In this document: piece by piece, positions 51,450 to 60,008 of the stretch
Position numbering within the stretch: position 1 is the stretch's first letter
How the letters are laid out: each line of letters starts with the position of its first letter
From: Minisyncoccia bacterium
GTDB lineage: Bacteria > Patescibacteriota > Minisyncoccia > Phycocordibacterales > UBA9973
NCBI GenBank assembly: GCA_965656375.1
Contig: CBFHKH010000001.1
Location: 708,291-772,290 of the forward strand
Length of the DNA stretch: 64,000 nt
Reading direction: 5' to 3'
Notes under the pieces: model-generated
Told to the model about the DNA's origin: nothing
The model's database searches: none
The model's input: only the letters and a program-made list of their open reading frames with translations
Made by a program: the position numbers and the translations under genes

Positions 51450-52004
51450 ATGGCAAAACAAGAATTACGAGGAGAAAGAAACTGGTACGCAATCCACACA
51501 TATGCTGGATACGAGAACGCAGTCATGCGTAACCTCAAGCAGCGTATTGATTCACTTGGCATGAATGACAAGATCTTTTCTGTGGTTGTCCCAACTGAAA
51601 AGAAGATCAAGATCAAAGGAGGTAAGCGAGCTGAGGTAGAAGAAAAGGTATATCCGGGCTATGTGCTCGTCGATATGATCGTTGATGATAACTCGTGGTA
51701 CGTCGTCCGCAACACGCCTCGCGTTACTGGATTCGTCGGTGCTGGAGTGAACCCAGTGCCTCTCAACAAGCAAGAAGTAGATGATCTTTTTGGCCGAATG
51801 GAGAAAGAGAACAACACTACGGGCAAGCACCAGATGGATGTAGAGGTAGAAGAAATCGTTCGTATTGCCGATGGTCCATTCAAGGACTTGGAAGGCAAGG
51901 TGAGCGATGTTGACCGCGAACGAGGTAAGGTTAAAGTTCTCGTATCGATGTTCGGTCGTGAGACACCGGTTGAGCTAGACTTCCTCCAGATAAAGAAACT
52001 CTAA
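51450..52004 (+). CDS. nusG: Transcription factor NusG
   Basis: WYAIHTYAGYE, YPGYVLV, VRNTPRVTGF, FGRETPVEL. Confidence 0.98.
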   Translation: MAKQELRGERNWYAIHTYAGYENAVMRNLKQRIDSLGMNDKIFSVVVPTEKKIKIKGGKRAEVEEKVYPGYVLVDMIVDDNSWYVVRNTPRVTGFVGAGVNPVPLNKQEVDDLFGRMEKENNTTGKHQMDVEVEEIVRIADGPFKDLEGKVSDVDRERGKVKVLVSMFGRETPVELDFLQIKKL

Positions 52005-52098
52005 TACTATTTACTAATTTTTGTGGTTTGATTTGTTTGTTGAAGTATGCTAAATTATAGCCTGTTACGCTTCGCTTCACTTCACTTATCAGTATTCT

Positions 52099-52130
52099 GC
52101 TAGCAGCTAATTGCTAGTGGCTAAAAGCTA
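52099..52130. repeat. Heptamer array upstream of rplK
   Basis: Five GCTA units at 7-nt spacing ending CTAAAAGCTA 7 nt before ATG. Confidence 0.75.
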
Positions 52131-52137
52131 AACATTT

Positions 52138-52566
52138 ATGGCAGCTAAAAAAATAACTAAAAAAGTAAAATTACAAATCCCTGCAGCGAAAGCTACTCCT
52201 GCGCCACCACTTGGTCCTGCGCTCGGTCAGGCTGGAGTAAACATCGCTGAATTTTGTCAGAAGTTTAACGCGATGACTCAAGATATGGCAGGTGAAACAG
52301 TCGGATGTGTTATCTCAGTGTACGAAGATCGTACCTATGATATCCAGGTAAAGACTCCTCCAGTTGCAGGCCTAATATTCAAAGCAGCAGGCATCGAAAA
52401 GGGTTCAGGCAAGCCAAATACTTCAAAGGCAGGCAAGATCACCAAAGCCCAGGTTCGCGCAATCGCCGAGAAGAAGATGCCAGATCTCAATGCGAAAGAT
52501 ATCGAAGGTGCAATGAAGATCGTGGAAGGCTCAGCTCGCTCAGCAGGAATCACTGTTACAGACTAA
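52138..52566 (+). CDS. rplK: 50S ribosomal protein L11
   Basis: [29 protein letters not shown]. Confidence 0.98.
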   Translation: MAAKKITKKVKLQIPAAKATPAPPLGPALGQAGVNIAEFCQKFNAMTQDMAGETVGCVISVYEDRTYDIQVKTPPVAGLIFKAAGIEKGSGKPNTSKAGKITKAQVRAIAEKKMPDLNAKDIEGAMKIVEGSARSAGITVTD

Positions 52567-52571
52567 TACAA

Positions 52572-52609
52572 AACAACAAAACACCCGCATATGCGGGTGT
52601 TTTGTTGTT
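52572..52609 (+). terminator. Terminator after rplK
   Basis: AACAACAAAACACCCGCAT/ATGCGGGTGTTTTGTTGTT. Confidence 0.85.
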
Positions 52610-52653
52610 GACATATTTGTGATTTAAAGTAGGATGAAGAAAAACATACAACT

Positions 52654-53448
52654 ATGAACCATAAAAAATTAGTCTGGAAAGAACGAGATGCCGACTTAGA
52701 AAAGGCTATCCGTTTCCATGACCCGAAGCATCGCTTCGAAGTCATGATGTACCGGACCAATTTGCTGGTCCATACAACAAGAGTCCCCTTGATCGTGGAA
52801 GCACTTATACCGCTTGCACAGACATATTACGAAGAATTTGATCCAAACCTCGTTCGTCTTATTGCTAAATATCATGATGATCCTGAGCTTGTCGCACTAC
52901 GTGGCGATGTATCACTCCAGCTCAAGCTAAAAATGGATGATGATGAAAAAGAAATATTACGAAGAGAAGAGATTGAAGCAATAAATCAGATAGCAAAATT
53001 TTATCCTAAAAAAGTTGGAGGATATAATTATAAAGCAATCCTGATGCATGCGTTACACAAAGACTGCCCTGAAGCGCAGCTCCACTCGCTTGCAGACAAA
53101 TGGGATGGATGCTGTGAATCATTGCATGAAGTGTTTGCAGGAAACTTAGTTTTCGTTGAACCGGTACTTAATTATTATCAAGGGATTTTTGGAAAGCGAT
53201 ATGAAAAGTTTTCGCTAATAAAAGAACTATTCATTGATGATATAGCTCAGAAGAACTCGTTCCTTCAGTTTCCTACATTTGATTTCATGGATCTATTTGA
53301 TAGTGGCAAACGCAAATGCGCACCACATACACAAGAGTCCCTGTCGTATGATAGCAAAATACCAGCGTACGAGGCATGGAAAAAGATCACTCTCAGTAAT
53401 TTTCCTAATGGTTTAGATTTGCTTACAAGGCAAAAAGAATTTCAATAA
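52654..53448 (+). CDS. HD-domain hydrolase (YfbR-like)
   Basis: NLLVH...KYHDDPE...GDV...ADKWD spacing of HD ligands. Confidence 0.7.
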   Translation: MNHKKLVWKERDADLEKAIRFHDPKHRFEVMMYRTNLLVHTTRVPLIVEALIPLAQTYYEEFDPNLVRLIAKYHDDPELVALRGDVSLQLKLKMDDDEKEILRREEIEAINQIAKFYPKKVGGYNYKAILMHALHKDCPEAQLHSLADKWDGCCESLHEVFAGNLVFVEPVLNYYQGIFGKRYEKFSLIKELFIDDIAQKNSFLQFPTFDFMDLFDSGKRKCAPHTQESLSYDSKIPAYEAWKKITLSNFPNGLDLLTRQKEFQ

Positions 53449-53480
53449 AAAAGCTTCTGCGCTTAGTGCAGAAGCTTTTT
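53446..53480. terminator. Bidirectional terminator
   Basis: AAAAAGCTTCTGCGC-tta-GTGCAGAAGCTTTTT between convergent genes. Confidence 0.8.
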
Positions 53481-53490
53481 CAGTTTTCAT

Positions 53491-54066
53491 TTATGATACT
53501 CGTTCTACGTATTCACCTGTTTCAGTGTTTACTCGAATCTTTTCACCTGCTTCTATGAAGAAGGGGACATTGAGTTTTACTCCGTTCTCAAGAGTGACAA
53601 GTTTTCCGCCACCGTTTGCGGTGTTGCCTTTGATAGATGGAGGAGCTTCTTTGACGATGAATTCCATCTTGACTGGGAGCTTGATGCTGATGATTTGTTC
53701 TTCTCCATCATTATCCCAGACGAGTGCTACTACATTTTCATTGGCTTTTAGATATTTTACGGAATCACCAAGGATTTTCTCTTCGAGTTTAAAGCGATCT
53801 TTTGGATTCTCTGGATCAGAGAACCAATACTCGCCCTTGTTTGCATAGAGGAACTTCACATCTCGTTTTGCAATCTCAGCTTCGTCAGCCTTGTCTGAGG
53901 CATGGAAGACGGTATTCCAGGTACGTCCGGAAAGCAGACTCTTAAGCTTTACCTGGTTTTGTGGTTTTCGTTGCTGTGTTCGAGCGACGTGGTTGTCCAT
54001 GACTTCGCATGGCTCATCTTCATAAATGATTATTTTTCCTGTTCGGATTTCACTATATTCAAGCAT
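53491..54066 (-). CDS. efp: Elongation factor P
   Basis: FLYA, PPSIKGNTA, TLENG, VPFFIEAGEKIRVNTETGEYVER. Confidence 0.93.
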   Translation of the reverse strand: MLEYSEIRTGKIIIYEDEPCEVMDNHVARTQQRKPQNQVKLKSLLSGRTWNTVFHASDKADEAEIAKRDVKFLYANKGEYWFSDPENPKDRFKLEEKILGDSVKYLKANENVVALVWDNDGEEQIISIKLPVKMEFIVKEAPPSIKGNTANGGGKLVTLENGVKLNVPFFIEAGEKIRVNTETGEYVERVS

Positions 54067-54184
54067 GGAGCTATTCTAGCCCATCGCGAATGCTTTTTCA
54101 AGTCGTTGACATTACCCTCCAAAGAGTCCATGATATCAACAGATCTACTTGAATTTCATTTTTATAACCCTAAACTTATAAATT

Positions 54185-54526
54185 ATGAATCAAAAAGTTG
54201 TATTGACCCTGTTCCTGTCATCCTTGATAGCGACATGTGTTCTTTCTTATCTTAAGCTTGGCAATAGGGAATGCTTAGTCTTAGCAAGTTTTGCTCTGGC
54301 AATTTTCTCTCTCTGGTTTCAGATCATAAGTAATATTCCATTTGTGGTGAAACTAGCAAACGTTCTTGTGACCTTTTTTTCTTGGCAGTATGCATCCATA
54401 CTAGCCTTTAACGGGCTTTCAAATACGCCCAACATGGATGTAACGGTAATCACAAGCTACGCATTAGCTATAGTGATCACATTGTTTTTCTCAGCTATGT
54501 TTACACATTTTTTCAAGCAGAACTAA
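54185..54526 (+). CDS. Small 4-TM hypothetical protein
   Basis: Hydrophobic 113-aa ORF with TTGACA promoter upstream. Confidence 0.6.
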   Translation: MNQKVVLTLFLSSLIATCVLSYLKLGNRECLVLASFALAIFSLWFQIISNIPFVVKLANVLVTFFSWQYASILAFNGLSNTPNMDVTVITSYALAIVITLFFSAMFTHFFKQN

Positions 54527-54664
54527 CAAGCTTAAACTCTTTTAAATTGCATCGCTCCATGGGCGATGCAATTTTTAATTCGTTGACAATTATATGCAAA
54601 AGTAGATAATGAGCTCAAATCAGAATGATCTAAAAAATATTTTTTAACTATAAAATGTAACGTT

Positions 54665-55057
54665 ATGAAAGCCTTAATTGTTTTTCTTGCAGCAATTGTA
54701 TTGTTGCTCTGCACCTTCTCTTTTTTGGTGAATGGAAGTATCAGTTTTCCATTGCAATTTAGTAAATTTGAGATAGAGTTCCAGCCAATTATCAAAATAG
54801 CAACGTTCGTAATAGCATTCGCCTCGCTTTTCATTGTATTCTTCGGATTTAAATTCACAACCAATGCTTTCTGGGGATGGTTGCTACTACTATCATCATT
54901 TTTGATTTTATCGCTTGCATTTATCCATCTATATGGATTTCATAAGCCTGACTCTACCTGGATGTTTAGTTGTGGGTATAGCTTAGTAATTCTTGTTGCT
55001 GTATCTTCAGTTACTACAAATAGACAGCATCAAAATGTAGGGAATTTAGTTGAGTAA
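54665..55057 (+). CDS. Small 4-TM hypothetical protein
   Basis: Hydrophobic 130-aa ORF with TTGACA promoter upstream. Confidence 0.6.
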   Translation: MKALIVFLAAIVLLLCTFSFLVNGSISFPLQFSKFEIEFQPIIKIATFVIAFASLFIVFFGFKFTTNAFWGWLLLLSSFLILSLAFIHLYGFHKPDSTWMFSCGYSLVILVAVSSVTTNRQHQNVGNLVE

Positions 55058-55077
55058 TAGTTAAAATTTCTAAAACA

Positions 55078-55107
55078 AAAAAACGTTGCCATATGGCAAC
55101 GTTTTTT
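55078..55107. terminator. Bidirectional terminator
   Basis: AAAAAACGTTGCCATATGGCAACGTTTTTT at the recA 3' end. Confidence 0.8.
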
Positions 55108-55112
55108 CAGTT

Positions 55113-56183
55113 CTATTCTCCTGCACTCGTGACTTGGATTTCATCAAAGCGTCCGCGGACTTCTTTGAGGATTTCTTCGGAAAGCTTTTTATTATCTCGG
55201 AGGAATGTGCGAGCAGCATCGTAGCCTCGGCCAAGTTTTACTTCTTCGACTGGACCTTTTTCACGTGCCTTAGCAGTGCCCAAGTAAGTGAATATAGCAC
55301 CGCTTGATTTTGAAATGATACCAAGCTTTTCACCGAGAGCCATGATCTCACCTTCGCGGGAGATTCCTTCACCGTAGAGGATATCGAATTCTGTCTGTTT
55401 GAATGGGGCAGCGACCTTGTTCTTTACTACTTTTACGCGAGTTCTCGAGCCAACGACTTCTTCACCTTTTTTTATTTGGGCGATACGGCGGATATCGAGA
55501 CGAATCGATGTATAGAACTTGAGTGCCTTACCGCCTGGGGTAGTCTCAGGATTTCCGAACATAATACCGATCTGCATGCGGATTTGATTTATGAAGATAA
55601 CAACTGTCTTTGACCGTGCAACGATCGCAGTCAATTTGCGGAGCGCCTGGGACATAAGGCGTGCTTGCTTGCCTACGTGGGATTGACCCATATCACCTTC
55701 GATCTCATCGCGAGGAGTAAGTGCTGCTACAGAGTCAACGACGATCACATCGATCTTGCCTGATCGGATGAGGCTCTCAGTTATTTCAAGTGCTTGCTCG
55801 CCATTGTCTGGCTGTGAGATGAGAAGGTCTTTGATATTAACTCCGAGCTTCTTTGTGTATTCTGGATCCATTGCATGCTCAGCATCAATATACGCACACA
55901 CACCGCCCTTCTTCTGAGCTTCAGCTACGATATGGAGGGCGAGGGTAGTCTTACCAGATGACTCCGGACCAAATATTTCTATCATACGTCCTCGTGGTAC
56001 TCCGCCGATGCCAAGCGCCATATCAAGCCCTATAGACCCGGTAGGGACTACATCGATATTTACCTTTGGTGAATCGCCAAATTTCATGATCGCACCTTCG
56101 CCAAATTTTGTCTGGATCGATTTGATTGTATCTTCAATCGCTCCGCCCATTTCTTTTGCTTCTTTTTTAGCTTTCTTTTGCAT
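55113..56183 (-). CDS. recA: Recombinase A
   Basis: [39 protein letters not shown]; start at MQKKAK. Confidence 0.99.
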   Translation of the reverse strand: MQKKAKKEAKEMGGAIEDTIKSIQTKFGEGAIMKFGDSPKVNIDVVPTGSIGLDMALGIGGVPRGRMIEIFGPESSGKTTLALHIVAEAQKKGGVCAYIDAEHAMDPEYTKKLGVNIKDLLISQPDNGEQALEITESLIRSGKIDVIVVDSVAALTPRDEIEGDMGQSHVGKQARLMSQALRKLTAIVARSKTVVIFINQIRMQIGIMFGNPETTPGGKALKFYTSIRLDIRRIAQIKKGEEVVGSRTRVKVVKNKVAAPFKQTEFDILYGEGISREGEIMALGEKLGIISKSSGAIFTYLGTAKAREKGPVEEVKLGRGYDAARTFLRDNKKLSEEILKEVRGRFDEIQVTSAGE

Positions 56184-56190
56184 AATATAT

Positions 56191-56219
56191 AGTATACGTG
56201 AACGATCGTTCACCGTCAA
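56191..56219 (-). promoter_or_regulatory. recA promoter with SOS-box-like operator
   Basis: TTGACG-17 nt-TATACT; spacer holds the palindrome GTGAACGATCGTTCAC (56198-56213). Confidence 0.8.
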
Positions 56220-56238
56220 GAAAAATACCTGTGAATAA

Positions 56239-56637
56239 CTAATTAGTATTGATAATGATATCGCCAAGTGCGACTGCCCCTGTGGTCTTCTGGTATATGA
56301 CTTCGAATTTCTTTTCTGCGGACTTTCCAAATTTGTCTTGTGCGTCGATCGTAACGACAGAAAGTCCAGGAATGAGAGCAAGCGGCTCTCTAAATGTCCC
56401 ATCTTTATCTATAAATATTTCTCGGCCATTGAGTGTAAGCATGACAGCATTCTTTGCTTTTCCCTTGATCTCTATAATAGGGGAAGTATCATCTCTTTTA
56501 ATTTCTGCAGTAATTTGCACTCCTTTCCACAAGAATCCCATCTTGGAATATGTGAAGATCCCAATAGCGATAAAAAGCAGCAAACATGACGTTATTCCTA
56601 CCCACCATTTTATATTTTTCTTTTTTACTTTTTTCAT
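56239..56637 (-). CDS. Membrane-anchored protein with small Ig-like domain
   Basis: N-terminal TM; IKGKA...LTLNGREI...GTF...[15 protein letters not shown]. Confidence 0.7.
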   Translation of the reverse strand: MKKVKKKNIKWWVGITSCLLLFIAIGIFTYSKMGFLWKGVQITAEIKRDDTSPIIEIKGKAKNAVMLTLNGREIFIDKDGTFREPLALIPGLSVVTIDAQDKFGKSAEKKFEVIYQKTTGAVALGDIIINTN

Positions 56638-56642
56638 ATCTG

Positions 56643-58844
56643 TTATGCTTCTGTATTATCAATAGGCTTCTCGAGGACTTCACGTGGTTTTGCGCCATTG
56701 CCAGGACTTACTACTCCGCGTTCTTCAAGCATGTCGATAAGTCGCGCTGCACGCGCATAACCAACTCCGAGTTTGCGTTGCAAGTATGACGTAGAGGCTT
56801 TTCCAGCTTCCATCACTGTCGCTCGAGCATCTTCGTAGAGATCATCTTCATCATCATCACTCATCGTGTCACTGAACATGTTGCTACCCTTATCTATAGA
56901 GCCGGAAAGTTCGATTGTATCAGGTAGCTCGTCCATGTAGGCCTTCTTGAGATATTCTACCACTTTTTTGACTTCGTCTTCAGAGAGATATGCACTCTGT
57001 ATACGCTCTGGCTGGGACATTTCACCTGACGCATAGAGCATGTCTCCGGCACCAAGGAGCTTTTCGGCTCCACCTGCATCGAGGATCGTACGAGAATCTA
57101 TCTGAGAGGACACTTGGAGCGCCAAACGGGTAGGGACGTTTGCCTTGATAAGGCCAGTAATAACGTTTACGGATGGGCGCTGAGTTGAAAGAATGAGGTG
57201 AATACCCACTGCACGAGACATCTGGGCAAGGCGTACAATCGCACTCTCGAGCTCACGCGGATATGCTTGCATGATATCTGCCAGTTCATCGATGACGATG
57301 ACGATATATGGCATACGCTCAATCTCATCTTTACCTTTGCCACCCTTATATACTGTCGCATGATATGACTCAATATCTCGGACAGACTCTGCCTGAAGCA
57401 CATCATATCTACGATCCATTTCCTTTGCTGCCCACTTGAGCGCGAGGATAGTTTTCTTTGGATCAGTAATAACAGGGGTCAAAAGGTGAGGGATCTTGTT
57501 ATAGAGGGTAAGTTCAACGCGCTTTGGGTCGACGAGTATGAGACGTAGATCATCCGGACCGTTTCTATAGAGGAGCGAGGTGATAATTGAGTGCACGGTG
57601 ACCGATTTACCTGATCCAGTTGTACCTGCAATAAGCGCATGAGGCATTTTTGCCAAATTTCCAAAGATAGATTTTCCAGAAAGCCCTCTTCCAAGCGCAA
57701 CTGTGAGTGGCTTTGGAGAATTCTGGAATTTATCGTCAGAGAGGAGAGTCGCGAGGCCGACGGTAGATTTTACTTTGTTTGGAATCTCGATACCGACAAG
57801 AGACTTTCCAGGAATAGGAGCCTCGATACGAATAGGGTGGGCAGCAAGCGCAAGCGCAAGATCACTCTGAAGTCCTACGATACGAGAGAGCTTTACGCCT
57901 TGTGCAGGCTTGAGTGCATAGCGAGTGACAGTCGGACCGATAGTGACTTCATCCATCTCTACAGAGATGCCAAAGTTGAGAAGTGTGCGCTGAATAATAT
58001 TCATGTTGCCTTTCAAGTCCCCGACATTTGGTTTACCTTTATCCTTCTCAAGGAGTGAGAGTGGGGGAGGAGTATAGGTTGTCTTGAATTTCTTTTTGAC
58101 TGAAAATGTTTCTTCTTCTCCTTCTTTTGTTGGACTCTCATCATATTCAAGGAGTGTATTCTCATCCGGCGCTTGTTCTTCCGGTATTTCTTCACCTCGA
58201 TCCTCAGCTACAAATTCACTCTCATCATATTCTTTTCGTAGTGAGGGCATGCGGATATCTCTTGAAAAGAACGCACGAATCTTTTTCCAGAGAGTGATAA
58301 GGTCAGGGCGCTCATCACAAAGGATAATGAGCGAGATGATAAGAAGAGTGCCGAGTATCAATATACCAGCATAGATGCCGAATAATTTCACAAATGGCCA
58401 TGCGACCATACTGCCGAGATATCCGCCAAAAAATATATTGATTGACTTTCCGCTTCCGTTGCTCGCAATATCCATGATACCGAGAGTAGAGAGGAGAACT
58501 CCGATCGATGTGATGAAATGAAGTCGTGCAACTTGCGGCTTACCTTTCCGGAGAAATGAAACACCGACAACGGCGAGAAGTATCGGAAGGAAATAATATC
58601 CAAACCCAAAAAAAGAACTCATGAGAGAGTATGAGAATTCGCCGGCGATTCCTGCAAGCTTGAATATTGAGAGCAAGAAAAAGAGTCCGAACACGAGAAA
58701 TACGATACCCCAAATGCTATGTCGAGTCTCTTCTTTTAGTTCGACTTTTTTAGATTTTTTTTTGTTGCTCTTGCCTTTGCTTCGCGGTTTCTCTACGATT
58801 TCATCTTCATCCTCGATATCTTTTTTTGCCATAATGTCTGCCAA
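56643..58844 (-). CDS. ftsK: DNA translocase FtsK/SpoIIIE
   Basis: N-terminal TMs, GTTGSGKS, DPKRVEL, IDELAD, TQRPS, gamma domain LQRKLGVGYARAAR; start could be 58832. Confidence 0.97.
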   Translation of the reverse strand: MADIMAKKDIEDEDEIVEKPRSKGKSNKKKSKKVELKEETRHSIWGIVFLVFGLFFLLSIFKLAGIAGEFSYSLMSSFFGFGYYFLPILLAVVGVSFLRKGKPQVARLHFITSIGVLLSTLGIMDIASNGSGKSINIFFGGYLGSMVAWPFVKLFGIYAGILILGTLLIISLIILCDERPDLITLWKKIRAFFSRDIRMPSLRKEYDESEFVAEDRGEEIPEEQAPDENTLLEYDESPTKEGEEETFSVKKKFKTTYTPPPLSLLEKDKGKPNVGDLKGNMNIIQRTLLNFGISVEMDEVTIGPTVTRYALKPAQGVKLSRIVGLQSDLALALAAHPIRIEAPIPGKSLVGIEIPNKVKSTVGLATLLSDDKFQNSPKPLTVALGRGLSGKSIFGNLAKMPHALIAGTTGSGKSVTVHSIITSLLYRNGPDDLRLILVDPKRVELTLYNKIPHLLTPVITDPKKTILALKWAAKEMDRRYDVLQAESVRDIESYHATVYKGGKGKDEIERMPYIVIVIDELADIMQAYPRELESAIVRLAQMSRAVGIHLILSTQRPSVNVITGLIKANVPTRLALQVSSQIDSRTILDAGGAEKLLGAGDMLYASGEMSQPERIQSAYLSEDEVKKVVEYLKKAYMDELPDTIELSGSIDKGSNMFSDTMSDDDEDDLYEDARATVMEAGKASTSYLQRKLGVGYARAARLIDMLEERGVVSPGNGAKPREVLEKPIDNTEA

Positions 58845-58939
58845 TTATATCATAAATTTTCTTCGAATTCTTATGTTTATTTCTGTGAATTCTAACAATC
58901 TTTTTTAGTAAATTTTGTCACTCCATTCTGGCTCTCCTT

Positions 58940-59071
58940 GGCATAGTCTTCTCGAAAGACCGCATAATTTCGTACTCGGAATTTGCTCTGCTCGTCACTC
59001 AAGAAAATACTAACAGGAGTACCTGCTTTATTTCCTAAGTTCCTGCGCAAGATCTTTCTCAAAGATATGCC
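58940..59071. repeat. Dispersed structured element, copy 3
   Basis: 92-nt core 58960-59051; degenerate flanking inverted repeat GGCATA..GAAAGA/TCTTTC..TATGCC. Confidence 0.85.
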
Positions 59072-59171
59072 TGCGTAAACCCAGAATACTACCATCTTGC
59101 ATTAGATTTTTTTGAGTATATAATGGACAAATTAAAGACATAAAAACACCTCAATCTTAGCTAAAAAGACA

Positions 59172-60008
59172 ATGGATAATCAAAAGGACACAAAGAATAC
59201 AAACCTTAATTCTTACGGACATGGAAGTCCTGCGGTCTCTAACCTATTGGTACATAAGACTGAATACAACTTCATCAACAAAAAGACAGAGAAGCTCGTC
59301 ACTGCTCTTTACATGGTCACAGACTGCATGGATGCTGATGACGCACTCAAGTCTAAGCTTCGCACTCTTGGGGTAGAATTGCTGTCCGATATGCATCAGG
59401 TATCTGTGCTCCTTCCGGCAGAAAAGAGTACTCATGTATCTGTATCGCTCTCTCGTATAGAGGAGCTGCTCTCTTTCATAAACATTGCCTCAACCATGGG
59501 ATTCATGTCAGAAATGAACAGTAGAATACTTCACCGAGAGTTCGGTTTCTTGGTCACAGAGCTAGAATCACACACTTCAAAAGATGCTCATTTTGCACTC
59601 ACTCTCTCGGATGAAATGTTCCATGTAGAAAAGCCGAAAGCAGATTTTTTCCCGAGAGAAAGATTCGTAAAAGACAGTCACTATACTAAAGGACAGATTT
59701 TTAAAAAGACATATTCACCTCAAAATGGATCGGGTAAGATTCCTTCACCACTCTCTCATTCAAAAGGACTTATAAATAACAAATCTACTACTGGGAGTAA
59801 AGATGAGAGAACAGGCAAGATCTTGTCCTTTATAAAGGACAAGAAAGATGCTCCAGGATATAAAGATGGATTGTCCATAAAGGACATCTCTGCTGTCTTT
59901 ACTGACTGTGGGGAAAAGACAATCCAGCGCGAATTGAATGCACTCGTCTCAAAAGGAGAAATTAAAAAAGTAGGAGCAAAACGCTGGAGTCGGTATCAGG
60001 CCCTCTAG
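59172..60008 (+). CDS. Hypothetical DNA-binding protein: N-terminal helical bundle plus C-terminal winged HTH
   Basis: KKTEKLVTALYMVTD...; LSIKDISAVFTDCGEKTIQRELNALV..G.IKKVG.KRWSRY. Confidence 0.75.
   Translation: MDNQKDTKNTNLNSYGHGSPAVSNLLVHKTEYNFINKKTEKLVTALYMVTDCMDADDALKSKLRTLGVELLSDMHQVSVLLPAEKSTHVSVSLSRIEELLSFINIASTMGFMSEMNSRILHREFGFLVTELESHTSKDAHFALTLSDEMFHVEKPKADFFPRERFVKDSHYTKGQIFKKTYSPQNGSGKIPSPLSHSKGLINNKSTTGSKDERTGKILSFIKDKKDAPGYKDGLSIKDISAVFTDCGEKTIQRELNALVSKGEIKKVGAKRWSRYQAL

Noticed and set aside
54544-54574. Hairpin sharing CGCTCCATG with the 8754-8780 hairpin, as an attC-like cassette site
   Set aside because: Only 9 nt shared, opposite orientation relative to the ORFans, no RYYYAAC/GTTRRRY ends and no integrase; ordinary terminators suffice.
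56184-56402. N-terminal extensions in the ORF track (recA; also rplS, msrA, dsbB, pgk, secE, FKBP, SIMPL)
   Set aside because: They overlap promoters, tRNAs or neighbouring genes; family similarity begins at downstream ATGs.
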